From Squalus acanthias (taxonomy: Eukaryota): a DNA stretch of 64,000 nucleotides. Made by a program: the position numbers and the translations under genes. The stretch lies in NCBI GenBank assembly GCA_030390025.1, contig CM059431.1, forward strand, positions 136,030,001 through 136,094,000. The letters are read 5' to 3'. The notes below the pieces were generated by a model. The model was not told where the DNA came from and searched no databases. It worked only from the letters and a program-made list of their open reading frames with translations. Each line of letters begins with the position of its first letter. The first letter of the stretch is position 1. Shown in pieces: positions 23,871-34,900 of this stretch.

Positions 23871-24754
23871 AATCCTTTTTTTCAAGAAACTATCTAATTT
23901 TTTTAGAAGAATTCATGGGCTCAGTTTGTGACAGAAAATTTCTCAGTCTAACCACCCTGTGTGAAGAAATATTTTTCTAAGCTCTCCTATAAGTTCTATT
24001 TGAGATCATTTTGAATTTCTATCCTCTCATTATCATCTGTCGACTAGCCAAATTGTCCATCATTATTCACCTTCTCCTGGAATCAAAGCCTCTGCCAGGT
24101 CAGCCCGAACCGTTCTCAGTCTTTGTGGAAAAAGCCCGAACAGAATTACAGAATCTTCCAGCACAGAAGGAGGTCATTCAGCCCATCGTGCCTGTGCATG
24201 TCTCCGAAAGAACGATCCAATTAGTCCCACTCCCTGTCCTTTCACATTTTTATTTTTCAAATATTTATCCATGACTCTCAAAAGCTGTTGTGCATTCTGC
24301 TTTAAGTATGGAGTGTGGTTAAACCTTAATCTCCCCAGGTCAGCCCCCGCCCTCCCCCTCCGCCCCAGCACCACCCCCTCCCCCGACTTTCCAAACCCCT
24401 GTATAACAGCACTAAGCCCTTGTATAAGAAGCCTCTCCCGGGTCCTCCTGCCTCCTGTGAATCTCGGGGTTCTTGGGCGCCGTCTCTTCTGTTGGAAGCG
24501 TGTTGGGGGCTGGAAATGTTTTGCACCTTCACTACAGATTGCCCAATCAATCTGGCAGAAAATGGCAACGGCACCTGCGGCCGTCCCGGGCCCACTAAAT
24601 GTAATGGGAGGAGGGCGAGGCGTTGGAGATTTTTCCGATTCCTGCACCAACGCCCCCCCGGGCAGTGCTGGGAAACCTCTGCAATTGGGACTCATTCCCT
24701 GTTTCCCACAAATCACGCTGCTAACGGCCATGTTTGGGATTTTTTTACTTACAG

Positions 24755-26581
24755 TTTTGTTGGCCGGATCTAATGGGGAACAAGGAAATGGCTGATCAAT
24801 TGAACAAGTACTTTGGTTCGGTGTTTACTGTGGAGGACACACACAACCTGCCGGAAATAAAAGGGGTCAGAGGATCTGGTAAGAGGGAGGAGCTGAGGGA
24901 AATCCTTATTAGTCGGGAAAAGGTATTGGGGAAATTGATGGGACTGAAGGCTGAAAAATCCCCGGGGCCTGATGGTCTGCATCCCAGAGTACTTAAGGAG
25001 GTGGCCTTGGAAATAGTGGATGCATTGACGATCATTTTCCAACATTCCTTAGACTCTGGATCAGTTCCGATGGAGTGGAGGGTGGCCAATGTAACCCCTC
25101 TTTTTAAAAAAGGAGGGAGGGAGAAAGCAGGGAATTATAGACCGGTCAGCCTAACATCGGTCGTGGGTAAAATGATGGAAGCAATTATTAAAGATGTCAT
25201 AACAGACCATTTGGAAAGTGGCGACATGATAGGTCCAAGTCAGCATGGATTTGTGAAAGGGAAATCATGCTTGACAAATCTTCTGGAATTTTTTGAGGAT
25301 GTTTCCAATAGGGTGGACAGGGGGGAACCAGTAGATGTGGTGTATTTGGACTTTCAGAAGGCCTTCGACAAGGTCCCACACAAGAGATTGGTGAGCAAAG
25401 TTAAAGCACATGGGATTGGGGGTAATGTGTTGACGTGGATTGAGAACTGGTTGGCACACAGGAAACAAAGAGTAGGAGTAAATGGGTACTTTTCAGAATG
25501 GCAGGCAGTGACCAGCGGGGTACCGCAGGGTTCGGTGCTGGGACCCCAGCTATTTACATTATATATTAATGATTTGGACGAAGGGATTAAATGTAATATC
25601 TCCAAATTTGCGGATGACACTAAATTGGGAGGCAGTGTGAACAATGAGGAGGATGCTAGGAGGCTACAGAGTGACTTGGACAGGTTGGGTGAATGGGCAA
25701 ATGTATGGCAGATGAAGTACAATGTGGATAAATGTGAGGTTATCCACTTTGGTGGTAAAAATAGAGAGGCGGACTATTACCTGAATGGTGGCAGATTAGG
25801 GAAAGGGGAGGTGCAACGAGACCTGGGCGTCATGGTACATCAGTCACTGAAGGTGGGAATGCAAGTGCAGCAGGCAGTCAAGAAAGCAAACGGAATGATG
25901 GCCTTCATAGTAAGGGGATTTGAGTACAGGAGTAGGGAGGTGATGCTGCAGTTGTACAGGGCCTTGGTGAGGCCACACCTGGAGTATTGTGCGCAGTTTT
26001 GGTCTCCTAACTTAAGGAAGGACATTCTTGCTATTGAGGGAGTGCAGCGAAGGTTCACTAGATTGATTCCTGGGATGGCCGGACTGACATATCAAGAAAG
26101 ATTGGGTCAACTGAACTTGTATCCTCTGGAGTTCAGAAGAATGAGGGGGGATCTTATAGAGACATTTAAAATCCTGACTGGTTTAGACAAATTAGATGCG
26201 GGCAGAATGTTCCCAATGTTAGGGAAAACTAGAACCAGGGGTCACAGTCTAAGGATTAAGGGGAAGCCATTTAAGACTGAGCTGAGGAGGAACTTCTTCA
26301 CCCAGAGAGTGGTGAATCTATGGAATTCTCTTCCACAGAAGGTTGTTGAGGCCAGTTCGCTAAATATATTCAAAAGGGAGTTAGATATAACACTCACAAC
26401 TAGGGGGATCAAGGGGTATGGCGAGAAAGCAGGAATGGGGTACTGAGGTAGCATGTTCAGCCATGAACGCATTGAATGGCGGTGCAGGCTCGAAGGACCG
26501 AATGGTCTACTCCTGCACCTATTTTCTATGTTTCTATGTTTCTATCTATATTTACCATGAGATAGAGGGGCCTATTGCAAG
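24755..26581 (+). pseudogene. atp11a: atp11a 51-nt exon FVGRI|YIYHEIEGPIAR, split by a CR1
   Basis: acag|t ttt gtt ggc cgg atc (24755-24770) and tat att tac cat gag ata gag ggg cct att gca ag|gtaagt (26547-26581); matches the ATP11A FVGRI....PxxR exon. Confidence 0.85.
24771..26546 (+). mobile_element. 5'-truncated CR1 LINE with an open RT frame, inserted in an exon
   Basis: ORF to 26446 with full RT motifs; (TTTCTATG)n tail; ATCTA present at both junctions. Confidence 0.95.
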
Positions 26582-27071
26582 GTAAGTGGAATTCAGTTTA
26601 TCCTCCTTAAATATTTAATGTCTGTTTTCAGATCTGCATTTAATATTTATTAAATATTCCTGTATAGCAAATATTTAAATTATGAACCTGCTAAATTGGC
26701 ACAAGAAAATTGGGAATTCTTTCAAACTGACAGGAACAGCACCTTGGGGTGGCCTGTCTCTCCAGGTCCCCTCGCTCCTATCTGCACTATAGACCCTCCC
26801 CCCCCGCCTCCCTAATATACCTTCTGGAGCCTTGCTCTTCCTGCCGCATTTGCTAGAGAACTGGCCCTCCCCTGCCTGACTAGTTTAGCTCGTCCCCTAT
26901 TGCTGTACAGACACTGTCTGTGAGTGAAAGTGATCTGCCTTTGTTTAGGTGAAGCTCATCCTGGCTGAAGAGCTCCTCTGGCCTGAGGCCTACGAATCTG
27001 TTTATAGTCATCTAAAAATTGCAATTTTTTTTATGGCTTTATTTCCTCAATAATTTTTAACTTTATTCCAG

Positions 27072-27136
27072 GCCTTTGGGAACAGAGAATGTGCTGCTGA
27101 GAGGGGCAACTTTAAAAAATACCCAGAACATTTACG
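27072..27136 (+). pseudogene. atp11a: atp11a exon: PLGTENVLLRGATLKNTQNIY(G)
   Basis: ccag| ... |gtaaaa; P4-ATPase LLRGA.LKNT motif. Confidence 0.92.
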
Positions 27137-27654
27137 GTAAAACCCAGTTTGCTTTATCCACTGTGTGTGTCTTGCTCCATTCACAGTGACCCGAGTGTAT
27201 TTTACTGTATATTCAATATGTGTATGCTAGTTATAAAGTTTGGGTTGGCTGTAGATATTCTCGGCAGTGTTGGTCACTCCTGTAAGTGGTCTGAGCATCT
27301 TGCGTTCAGGAGTCTGCCCATACCACCCAATATTGAAGCAGCGATGGTGTAACGCAAGCATAATGTTAGGACCCCTTGTGATCAGAAGTGGATGGCGTGA
27401 CTCGCGTCTTTCAGTAGGTGGATTGAAAACACTTTAGTGAGATGAAGCCAGATATGAATCATTTAACTGCTTTATTTAAAAAAAATGAAAGGAGGAACTT
27501 GGATTTCTGTAGCGCTTTTCACAACCTAAGGCTGTCTCAAAGCTCTTTACAGTCAATTAAATATTTTTGCAGTGTAGTCACTGTTTTATATTAAAGTGAA
27601 CATACAAAATAATGGTTATGATGAAATATTTCTAACTTCATTTAACTTCAAACA

Positions 27655-28112
27655 CCAACACCCCCCCCACCCACTCCCCCCCCCCCACCCCACTCCCCCA
27701 CCCCACTCCCCCCCCCCCCACTCCCCCACCCCACTCCCCCCCTCCCCCCCCCACCCCACTCCTCCCCACTCCCCCCCCCACTCCCCCCCACTCCCCCCCC
27801 TCCCCCCCTCTCTCCCCCCCCACTCCCCCCTCCCCCCCCTCCCCCCCCTCCCCCCCCACTCCCCCCCCACTCCCCCCCCCACCCCACTCCCCCCCCCCAC
27901 CCCACTCCCCACCCCCCCCCCCCCCACCCCCCCACCCCCCCCCCACCCCCCCACCCCCCCAACCCCCCCCCACCCCCCCCCCCCCACCCCCCACCCCCCA
28001 CCCCCCCCACCCCCCCCACTCCCCCCCCACCCCACTCCCCACCCCCCCCCACCCCCCACCCCCCCCCCACCCCCCCCACCCCCCCCCACCCCCCCCCCAC
28101 CCCCCACCCCCC
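27655..28112. repeat. Poly-C-rich low-complexity tract (G-rich on the minus strand)
   Basis: Runs of C interrupted by a/t/act. Confidence 0.95.
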
Positions 28113-28538
28113 ACTGCCATTCATGAAGAAAAATAATAGTCCACACTGCCGTGCCCTGGGTTAGTGGGCTGACTAATGCTTCCTTTGGTCAGTCTGGCAT
28201 CGAAACAGACCAATACTTGGATGTCACTAGTCGCTCTCGGTTGTGCCTAGATCTTTCCTGCCTTTTCCTTGGTGCACCATTGTCATTGACTTTGCATGTT
28301 TTCCTTTTCTTTTTGTTATTCCTGAGTTTGGATTGTCCCTCGGACTTCTTCCCCATTTAGTGATTCACCAGTCAGTCTGTCAATAAAAGATGGAAAATGC
28401 TGGAAACACTGCAGGTCAGGCAGCATCTGTGGAGAGAGAAACAGAGTTAACAGGCTGGATTTTGTCAATGGGGAGCTTTTGGAGGCGGGACTCCCACTTG
28501 TCGGGTTTTAGTCCCGCCTCCATCGACTTGTGGCCAAC

Positions 28539-30186
28539 TGTAGAATTCGCAATTTATCGCGATTTTATTAATAAGGAGAAAACACAGAGTCTCGTTCAAA
28601 CAGCTTTTATTTCAGCAGAATGCGGTCAGGTTTTCTCAAAGTGGACACAAGCAGCCTGTAAAGTGCCCGCCGCACCTCGTGACAGAACATTCTAGACTTT
28701 TCGACAGGCAGACAAGATGGCGTTCCAATAAACATTTGTGCAAGATCGATTAAGATTCAGCACAGTGAAGATAATACACGAGACATTATGGGTTTGCAGT
28801 ATACACATAAATACTGAAATCGGTCTCCCAGGTACGAATGAAAGCTATTGTACCGAGTAATCAAGGGCCCATCCAAAAGACATTAATATGTAAAATCCCA
28901 ACGACTCTACGATGAGAGAGCCGTTAGCAGGTAGTTATACAAAACACTTGGAAGCCCCAAGACCCCTCCAGGGAGAACACCGACCGATTTAACAATGGGA
29001 GAAATATTAACAGGTACTCAGACAGTTACGAGTAGCCCCGAAACCCATTAAGAACGGAGATCACCCATACAAGACATTTGAGCGCCAAACCCAAACAAAA
29101 GAAAGGACATTAAGGTTGGGCGGGAAACGGAAGATTTTGTACTATAATTACAAGCTCCAACCGTCCATCGCTCTCTTATTCTCTTATCCGATCGACTCGT
29201 AACCTCGTGGCTGCTCCTGTGTTTTGACTCGTAGTCTGGTTCCTGCTTGCCTGGTGCCTCTTTGAAAAAGACTGTTGAACTTTCTGATCCGTTCGGATCT
29301 ACCTCGTGTCGCGTAACGAAGACCTATGTTGGTAACTGGCAGCGGAACCAAAGGCCCGAGATGAGATGAGATGAGATGAGATGAGATGAGAAGAGAGGAA
29401 GACCATACTCATCGCCACGGTCAGTAAATCCCGACCGCGCCTGTAGGTCGAATAGCCAAGTTTTCCTTGCCAGGAAGACTTCTTTGAACTTGCAAGAACG
29501 GATCATCACCGATGATATTGACTGGTCTGTGAAACCTGTTCGGAAAGTACCTGTTAAACCAACCAACACAGATCTTCATCACAGCAGACGGCCCAGCCTG
29601 CTAGCCGGAGCAGAAGCAAGTAAACAAGTGGGACCAGGAGATCTCCTGACCGACACGTGGGTGCTGCGGTGAAAAACATCCGATCAGCTATTCGGAATTT
29701 CTCCGAGTTATCACGAGTGGTGAGCATGAGTCTCGAAATCCTACGAATCTAGTTAGGACAGATATTGATAGGGGAGGGTTTAAGTATTAAGGATACTTGT
29801 AATGTGTGCCCCTATTTACGGTGTGTCGTTCGTTCCTCGTTTCCCTAAGATCAGCTATATAACTGCTTGTAAGATTGTACTGTCGTTAATCTGTGCTTAT
29901 GACATGTATTTCGTAATCTTAAGTATCATGCAATAAAGATTTTCCATTTCGTACCATTCAACCGAGTCTACATGAGTTTCATCTCCATTACTGCTCTCGC
30001 ATCTAAGTCCAGTGTCTAGAACCGTAAGGGCGAGTGATTCGAACCACTCACAGGTGTGTCTAGTGCTCCCAGACTGGCTGGAGACCAGAACAGGCAACAA
30101 GGCCTAAACCCGCACTGACATACAGGCTGCACAGAGCCGCGTGAATCTCACAGGCTGCGAGACACGCAGGGTCAGAATCCCTTACA
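28539..30186 (+). repeat. 5' LTR (1648 bp)
   Basis: tgtagaattc...cccttaca, a direct repeat of 39612-41258. Confidence 0.97.
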
Positions 30187-30190
30187 GAAA

Positions 30191-31999
30191 ATGGCGACCG
30201 CGGCAGGACACTGGCAGCGAGAGGGTAGTGTGTTAGACTTTGGAATGACTGTACGAAATGTTATGCAGGAAAAGATAGCAGATTATGTGTTCGGAAAGGT
30301 TAATCTAACCAAGAAATGGATAAGTGAATTGTTAGCGGATAAAAGCCCGCTAGAGGCAGCCGAAAGGTGGACAGATAGTAAAGAACATAAAAAGACACTC
30401 GAGAAAGCAGTCTGGCTTATGTGTTACAAAAGGCAGGTTCAGATTTCAAACCAGACCATTACAGCGCTAGTAGCTCGAATCAGTCATTTAGAGGGAGAAA
30501 TGGATGAGAAGGTTTCTGGAGGGGAAATGCTCATTAGGAATTTAAGTGCGTTGCACCAAGAACGCCAGGAAATCTCCAGTCACCATAAAACAAGGATAGA
30601 TTACCTCGAGTGCCAGGTCACTGAGGCAAAGTTAAATGAGAGCAGGTTAAAGGAAAGATGTGCCCGCCAAGCTGCCCAGATAAGAACTCAGGAAGAGAGC
30701 TTAACGGGGGTTAGGGCGGCATATAAGTTGGCCCTTGAGGATAAGTTTCAGGGAGCCGATCATAGCGCCTGCCAAAAAGAGATAGAGCACCTCAAAAAGG
30801 CCGTGAACAAAGCGCACGGCATGGTGTGCCTTATCAGTCCGTCAGCACACCAGCCGCTAGTAAGTGAGAAGTTTAAGAAATCCCCACCAAGTAAAGCAGA
30901 GGAAGTAGTAGCCACTGCGCCCTCCGCGCCACCCAGCTACTCGGAAACCTGGGTTAGGGAGGAAGCAATGGAAGAAACGAAAGAGCCCATTGAGAAAGAA
31001 GTGGAAAAGGGACCGTTGTATCCAGTAACGGGTATTAAAAGGGGCCCAAACAGAAACGGTGGGGAAGAACCAGGGGATCTCCTCGGACAGCTTGTGTTGC
31101 CTCACAGCTCACACCAGCTGAGAGCTATGATAAATCACGTACGGAAGCTGACCGAGTCAGACGACCCTTCCGTACATTTCAGAGAAGTTGAGCAAGCCGC
31201 AGCCATTAACGGCTGCGATGATGGGGAAACAGCAAAAATGCTGCTGTTCTCATTAGACAGCTCGGTCCTTCAGTGTCTCTCAGGCGAGAGCAAGAGGGGA
31301 ACCAAGACTTATGAGGCATTAAAGAATGAGGTCCTGGAAGTGTTGGGGGCGAACGATGAAGGTCCGTTTGCTAGAGTGGGACAGACAGTGCAGATGGAGG
31401 GAGAACCCCCGAAGGTTTTTGCCGACAGGCTGTGGCCAGTATATGAGCGCAGCTGTCTAGGTGCGGCCGAGCGCGAAGATGTGGAAGGCGCCGGTTTAGC
31501 TCATTGGCTTAGGTGCATAATAGCCAACAGTTTACCAGCCGTCAGAGAGCAGGCAAAAGCATGGTTTGATCCCAATGACCCCAACATTACGGAAGAGTCG
31601 GTCTTGAATCGACTCACGTTAGGATATCGCAATATAAGGGGTATGGCAACACGTCCCCTTAAGGGAAAAGTACATGAGGTACGACCCGCAGCCCCGTATC
31701 AAAGAGAGTGGCATCAGGAGGGTAATCGCGCCCCACAGGCAAGTAATGCTTGTTACGGGTGTGGGAAGACAGGGCACTGGCGCAAGCATTGCAGGAACCC
31801 TTGGAAAGATTCCAAGGATAAAAATCCCGCGGTCCGAGCCCAGGCGCCTGTCCCGGCTAGGGAAGCTAATGCACCCACCCCTCCCGACGACCTCGAAGTA
31901 GTGTTAGGAGCCATGCGCAATCTATTGAGTGCACATGGAAAGGTGGCGGTCGCAACCGGCCCCGTAGGTGCCGCAGGACCGTCTAATAGTACCCCATGA
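30191..31999 (+). CDS. gag: Gag polyprotein (coiled-coil N-terminus, late domains, capsid, one CCHC knuckle)
   Basis: 602-aa ORF; PSAPPSY; CYGCGKTGHWRKHC. The true start could be 30191 or 30245. Confidence 0.92.
   Translation: MATAAGHWQREGSVLDFGMTVRNVMQEKIADYVFGKVNLTKKWISELLADKSPLEAAERWTDSKEHKKTLEKAVWLMCYKRQVQISNQTITALVARISHLEGEMDEKVSGGEMLIRNLSALHQERQEISSHHKTRIDYLECQVTEAKLNESRLKERCARQAAQIRTQEESLTGVRAAYKLALEDKFQGADHSACQKEIEHLKKAVNKAHGMVCLISPSAHQPLVSEKFKKSPPSKAEEVVATAPSAPPSYSETWVREEAMEETKEPIEKEVEKGPLYPVTGIKRGPNRNGGEEPGDLLGQLVLPHSSHQLRAMINHVRKLTESDDPSVHFREVEQAAAINGCDDGETAKMLLFSLDSSVLQCLSGESKRGTKTYEALKNEVLEVLGANDEGPFARVGQTVQMEGEPPKVFADRLWPVYERSCLGAAEREDVEGAGLAHWLRCIIANSLPAVREQAKAWFDPNDPNITEESVLNRLTLGYRNIRGMATRPLKGKVHEVRPAAPYQREWHQEGNRAPQASNACYGCGKTGHWRKHCRNPWKDSKDKNPAVRAQAPVPAREANAPTPPDDLEVVLGAMRNLLSAHGKVAVATGPVGAAGPSNSTP
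30192..30209 (+). promoter_or_regulatory. Primer-binding site, tRNA-Arg(TCG)-like
   Basis: TGGCGACCGCGGCAGGAC is the complement of the vertebrate tRNA-Arg(TCG) 3' end ...GTCCTGCCGCGGTCGCCA, as recalled from the human sequence. Confidence 0.8.
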
Positions 32000-34900
32000 C
32001 TAGAACCCGCGCAGCCCGTCTACCTGTGTCCGCTTAGCTATGATGCGTGGAAGCGACCTTTGGTGGAGATGGAGGTAGAGAAACAGAGGGGTAGTTATTT
32101 GTTGGACACGGGAGCTTCTTGCACCATAATCCATACAGATAGCCCTTTTGACTCGCCGCTATCTACCAGGGTCCCATTCACGTTAGCGGGGTTCACAGGA
32201 AAAGAACAGGCTGGCGCGTTCTCCCTTCCGCTATCCATTCGTTTGGGAGCACTTCACCTTAAGTGGAAGTGTATACTGATGGAATGGCAGGAGGGGGGTG
32301 GAAGAGGTATTCTCGGGTCTGATCTTCTATCGGGACACGGGATCCTCGTGGACCTCAGAAATCACTGTCTCTGGGGGGCTAAGGGTGAAAAAGGCGAGGT
32401 AGTAGTGATTCCGGGGGAGGAAGAAACAGGGGTCCTGTGTACCGTACAGCCATCCGGAGGCTACGACCTCAGGCTTATGGTCGCAGATGTCCCAACGGAC
32501 ATGCAAACGTACGTGTCAGATAATATGCACGCGTTTGCAACCCACAAGCACGATTGTGGGAGGGTTATCGGGTTTGAGGTCAGCGTAGATGGGGACCCCA
32601 TGACCCGACCCCAAAAGCAGTATAACTTCCCCAAAGAAGCAGAACCCGATATGGAAACAGCAATGTCCTCTTTGGTGCAGCAGGGCGTGTTGAGGCCGAT
32701 AGCCACACACGTGAACTCCCCATTATGGCCGGTTAGGAAGCCGGATAATTCGTGGAGAGCCACGGTGGACTACAGAGTCCTTAACAGTAACATTCCCGCC
32801 TGCGCGCCCACGGTAGCAGCAGTTGCTGACCTGATAGGGAGCATCCCAGCGTCCGCGACCACGTTCACGGTGCTGGATATCTCGAACGGTTTTTGGTCCA
32901 TCCCGCTGAGGCGAGAGGACCAGTACAAGTTTGCCTTTACTTTCAAAGGACAACAGTACACATGGAACTGTCTGCCACAGGGTTTCCACAATAGCCCCAG
33001 TATTTTCCATCAGTGTATGGCAGGAAGTTTAAAGGAGTTTAGTCAGCCCAATCAGATAGTGCAGTACGTGGATGATTTGCTCCTATTTACGGACTCAAGG
33101 GAGGAGCATGGACCACTACTGGACGAGTTATTGGAGCTGCTAGCGAGAAAGGGTTTTAAAATAAATCCTAAGAAAGCACGTATCGGTCAGCGGGAAGTAA
33201 AATTCCTGGGACTGACCATACGCGCTGGGGAAAGAGCCATAGACAAAGCAAGGAGGGAGTCGGTGCAAGAATTACCGATTCCCAACAACATAAGGGGTGT
33301 GAGGTCCTTCTTGGGACTGACCGGTTACTGCAGGGACTTTATCGAAGACTATGCGGCCACAGCAGCGCCGCTCCTCCGACTCCTCCATAAGGGGGTGGAG
33401 TGGTCTTGGGACGAGGGCTGCCAAGCAGCCTTCGAGAAGTTAAAAAGGGATCTGCAGACCGCGCCAGCCTTAGGGGCCATAGATGGGGGTAAGGAGTTTT
33501 TCCTGGAGGTAGCTGCCAGCGGAGACAGCTTGAGCGCTGTGCTGCTCCAAGAGCGTCACGGCAAGCTGAGGCCGGTTGTCTATTCATCCAGGGTGTTAAC
33601 GGATGTGGAGAGAAGTTTCTCCAATTGCGAAAGGCACCTTTTAGCCACGCATTGGGCTGTGAAAAGATCAGCGATCTTCACAGGGCTCTCTCCCATCACT
33701 CTCCTCACACATCACACACCAACTAAGATGCTTCTGGATGGGAGGATTAAAGATGGGACCGTAAGCAGCGCGCGCATTGCGCGTTGGACCCTTCTTCTCT
33801 CCCAGTTGGATCTTAGAGTAAAAGGTCTTTGCGAGCCCAGGCTTGCGGCCAATTTGGTATACCCCGGTACAGCCCACCGGTGTTCGGTGGAAGGGGTGTG
33901 GGACGTCAACATAGGTTTACGGGCCGGGATACATCCCACTGGGCGCGAGATTTATGTTGATGGGTCTAGCACAGTATCTGCTGGCGAACGACTCACGGGG
34001 TGTGGAGTTTATGACCCTGCGGCAGACCTTGCCCTGGCGATCAAGCTCCCTAGCACCATGAGCGCGCAGCAGGCTGAGCTGTCTGCCGTGGTGTACGTTG
34101 TTACCCACCCAGACATTTTCCCAACCCCATACACGATTTGCTCGGACAGTATGTTCACCTGCAATTCGTGTACGGAATACCTGGCCATTTGGTCCCGCCG
34201 TGGATACACCTCCGCGGACGGGCGACCTTTAACGGTGAAGCCCTTGCTGGAAAAGATCTTAGCAGCAGCAGTAGGGGAGGAAGGAGAGATTTTCATCCAT
34301 AAGGTGAAAGCTCACTCCTCCACAGAGCCCCGTGGGGAGGGCAACCAGCAGGCGGATGCGCTAGCCAGGGAAGGTGCCCGCAACGGCATTTTCTGGGACC
34401 CCTATGGGACCAGACCCATAGCAGCGATCCGAGGCAGGGACGGGAATCCCGGGAACACCAGGGTAGCATTGCCCCTAGACCTTAAGACCGTCCAAACCCA
34501 GGATCCCGCCCTAAAAGCAGTCCTAAAAACCATTGCTGAGGGGAGGCAGGTAGAAGGTCCGTACAGTACGGCAACCCTCTCAGTTAAGGAAGGCATGCTG
34601 TTCCGCGAGGAGCAGTGGGTTGTGCCGCAGCAGCACAGGAGGGAATTCCTCCAGTTGGCTCACGAGGGACCAGGGGCAGGGCACCCCGGGCCCGAGGTTA
34701 CCTGGCAACGGGTAGAGCAAGCGGGATGGTGGCCAGGGCTCAGGGAACAAGTCCGCGAGTTCTGTGCAAACTGTCTTGTGTGCGCTGCAAACAACCCAGA
34801 CCCCCAGAAAAGGAAGGTGCCCATGGGACACGTAAGAAGGGTAGAGGGACCATGGCAGTCGATACAGATCGACTATATAGGACCCCTGCCCACCACCCAG

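Noticed and set aside
13368..26472. Numerous antisense ORFs over CR1 copies
   Set aside because: Recurrent shadow frames of CR1 ORF2, not independent genes.
27596..28146. Pro-rich and Gly-rich ORFs
   Set aside because: Translations of a poly-C low-complexity tract; no coding signal.
29324..30100. Short ORFs inside the LTR as accessory genes
   Set aside because: Short, mostly non-ATG starts, and the frames differ between the two LTR copies because of indels.
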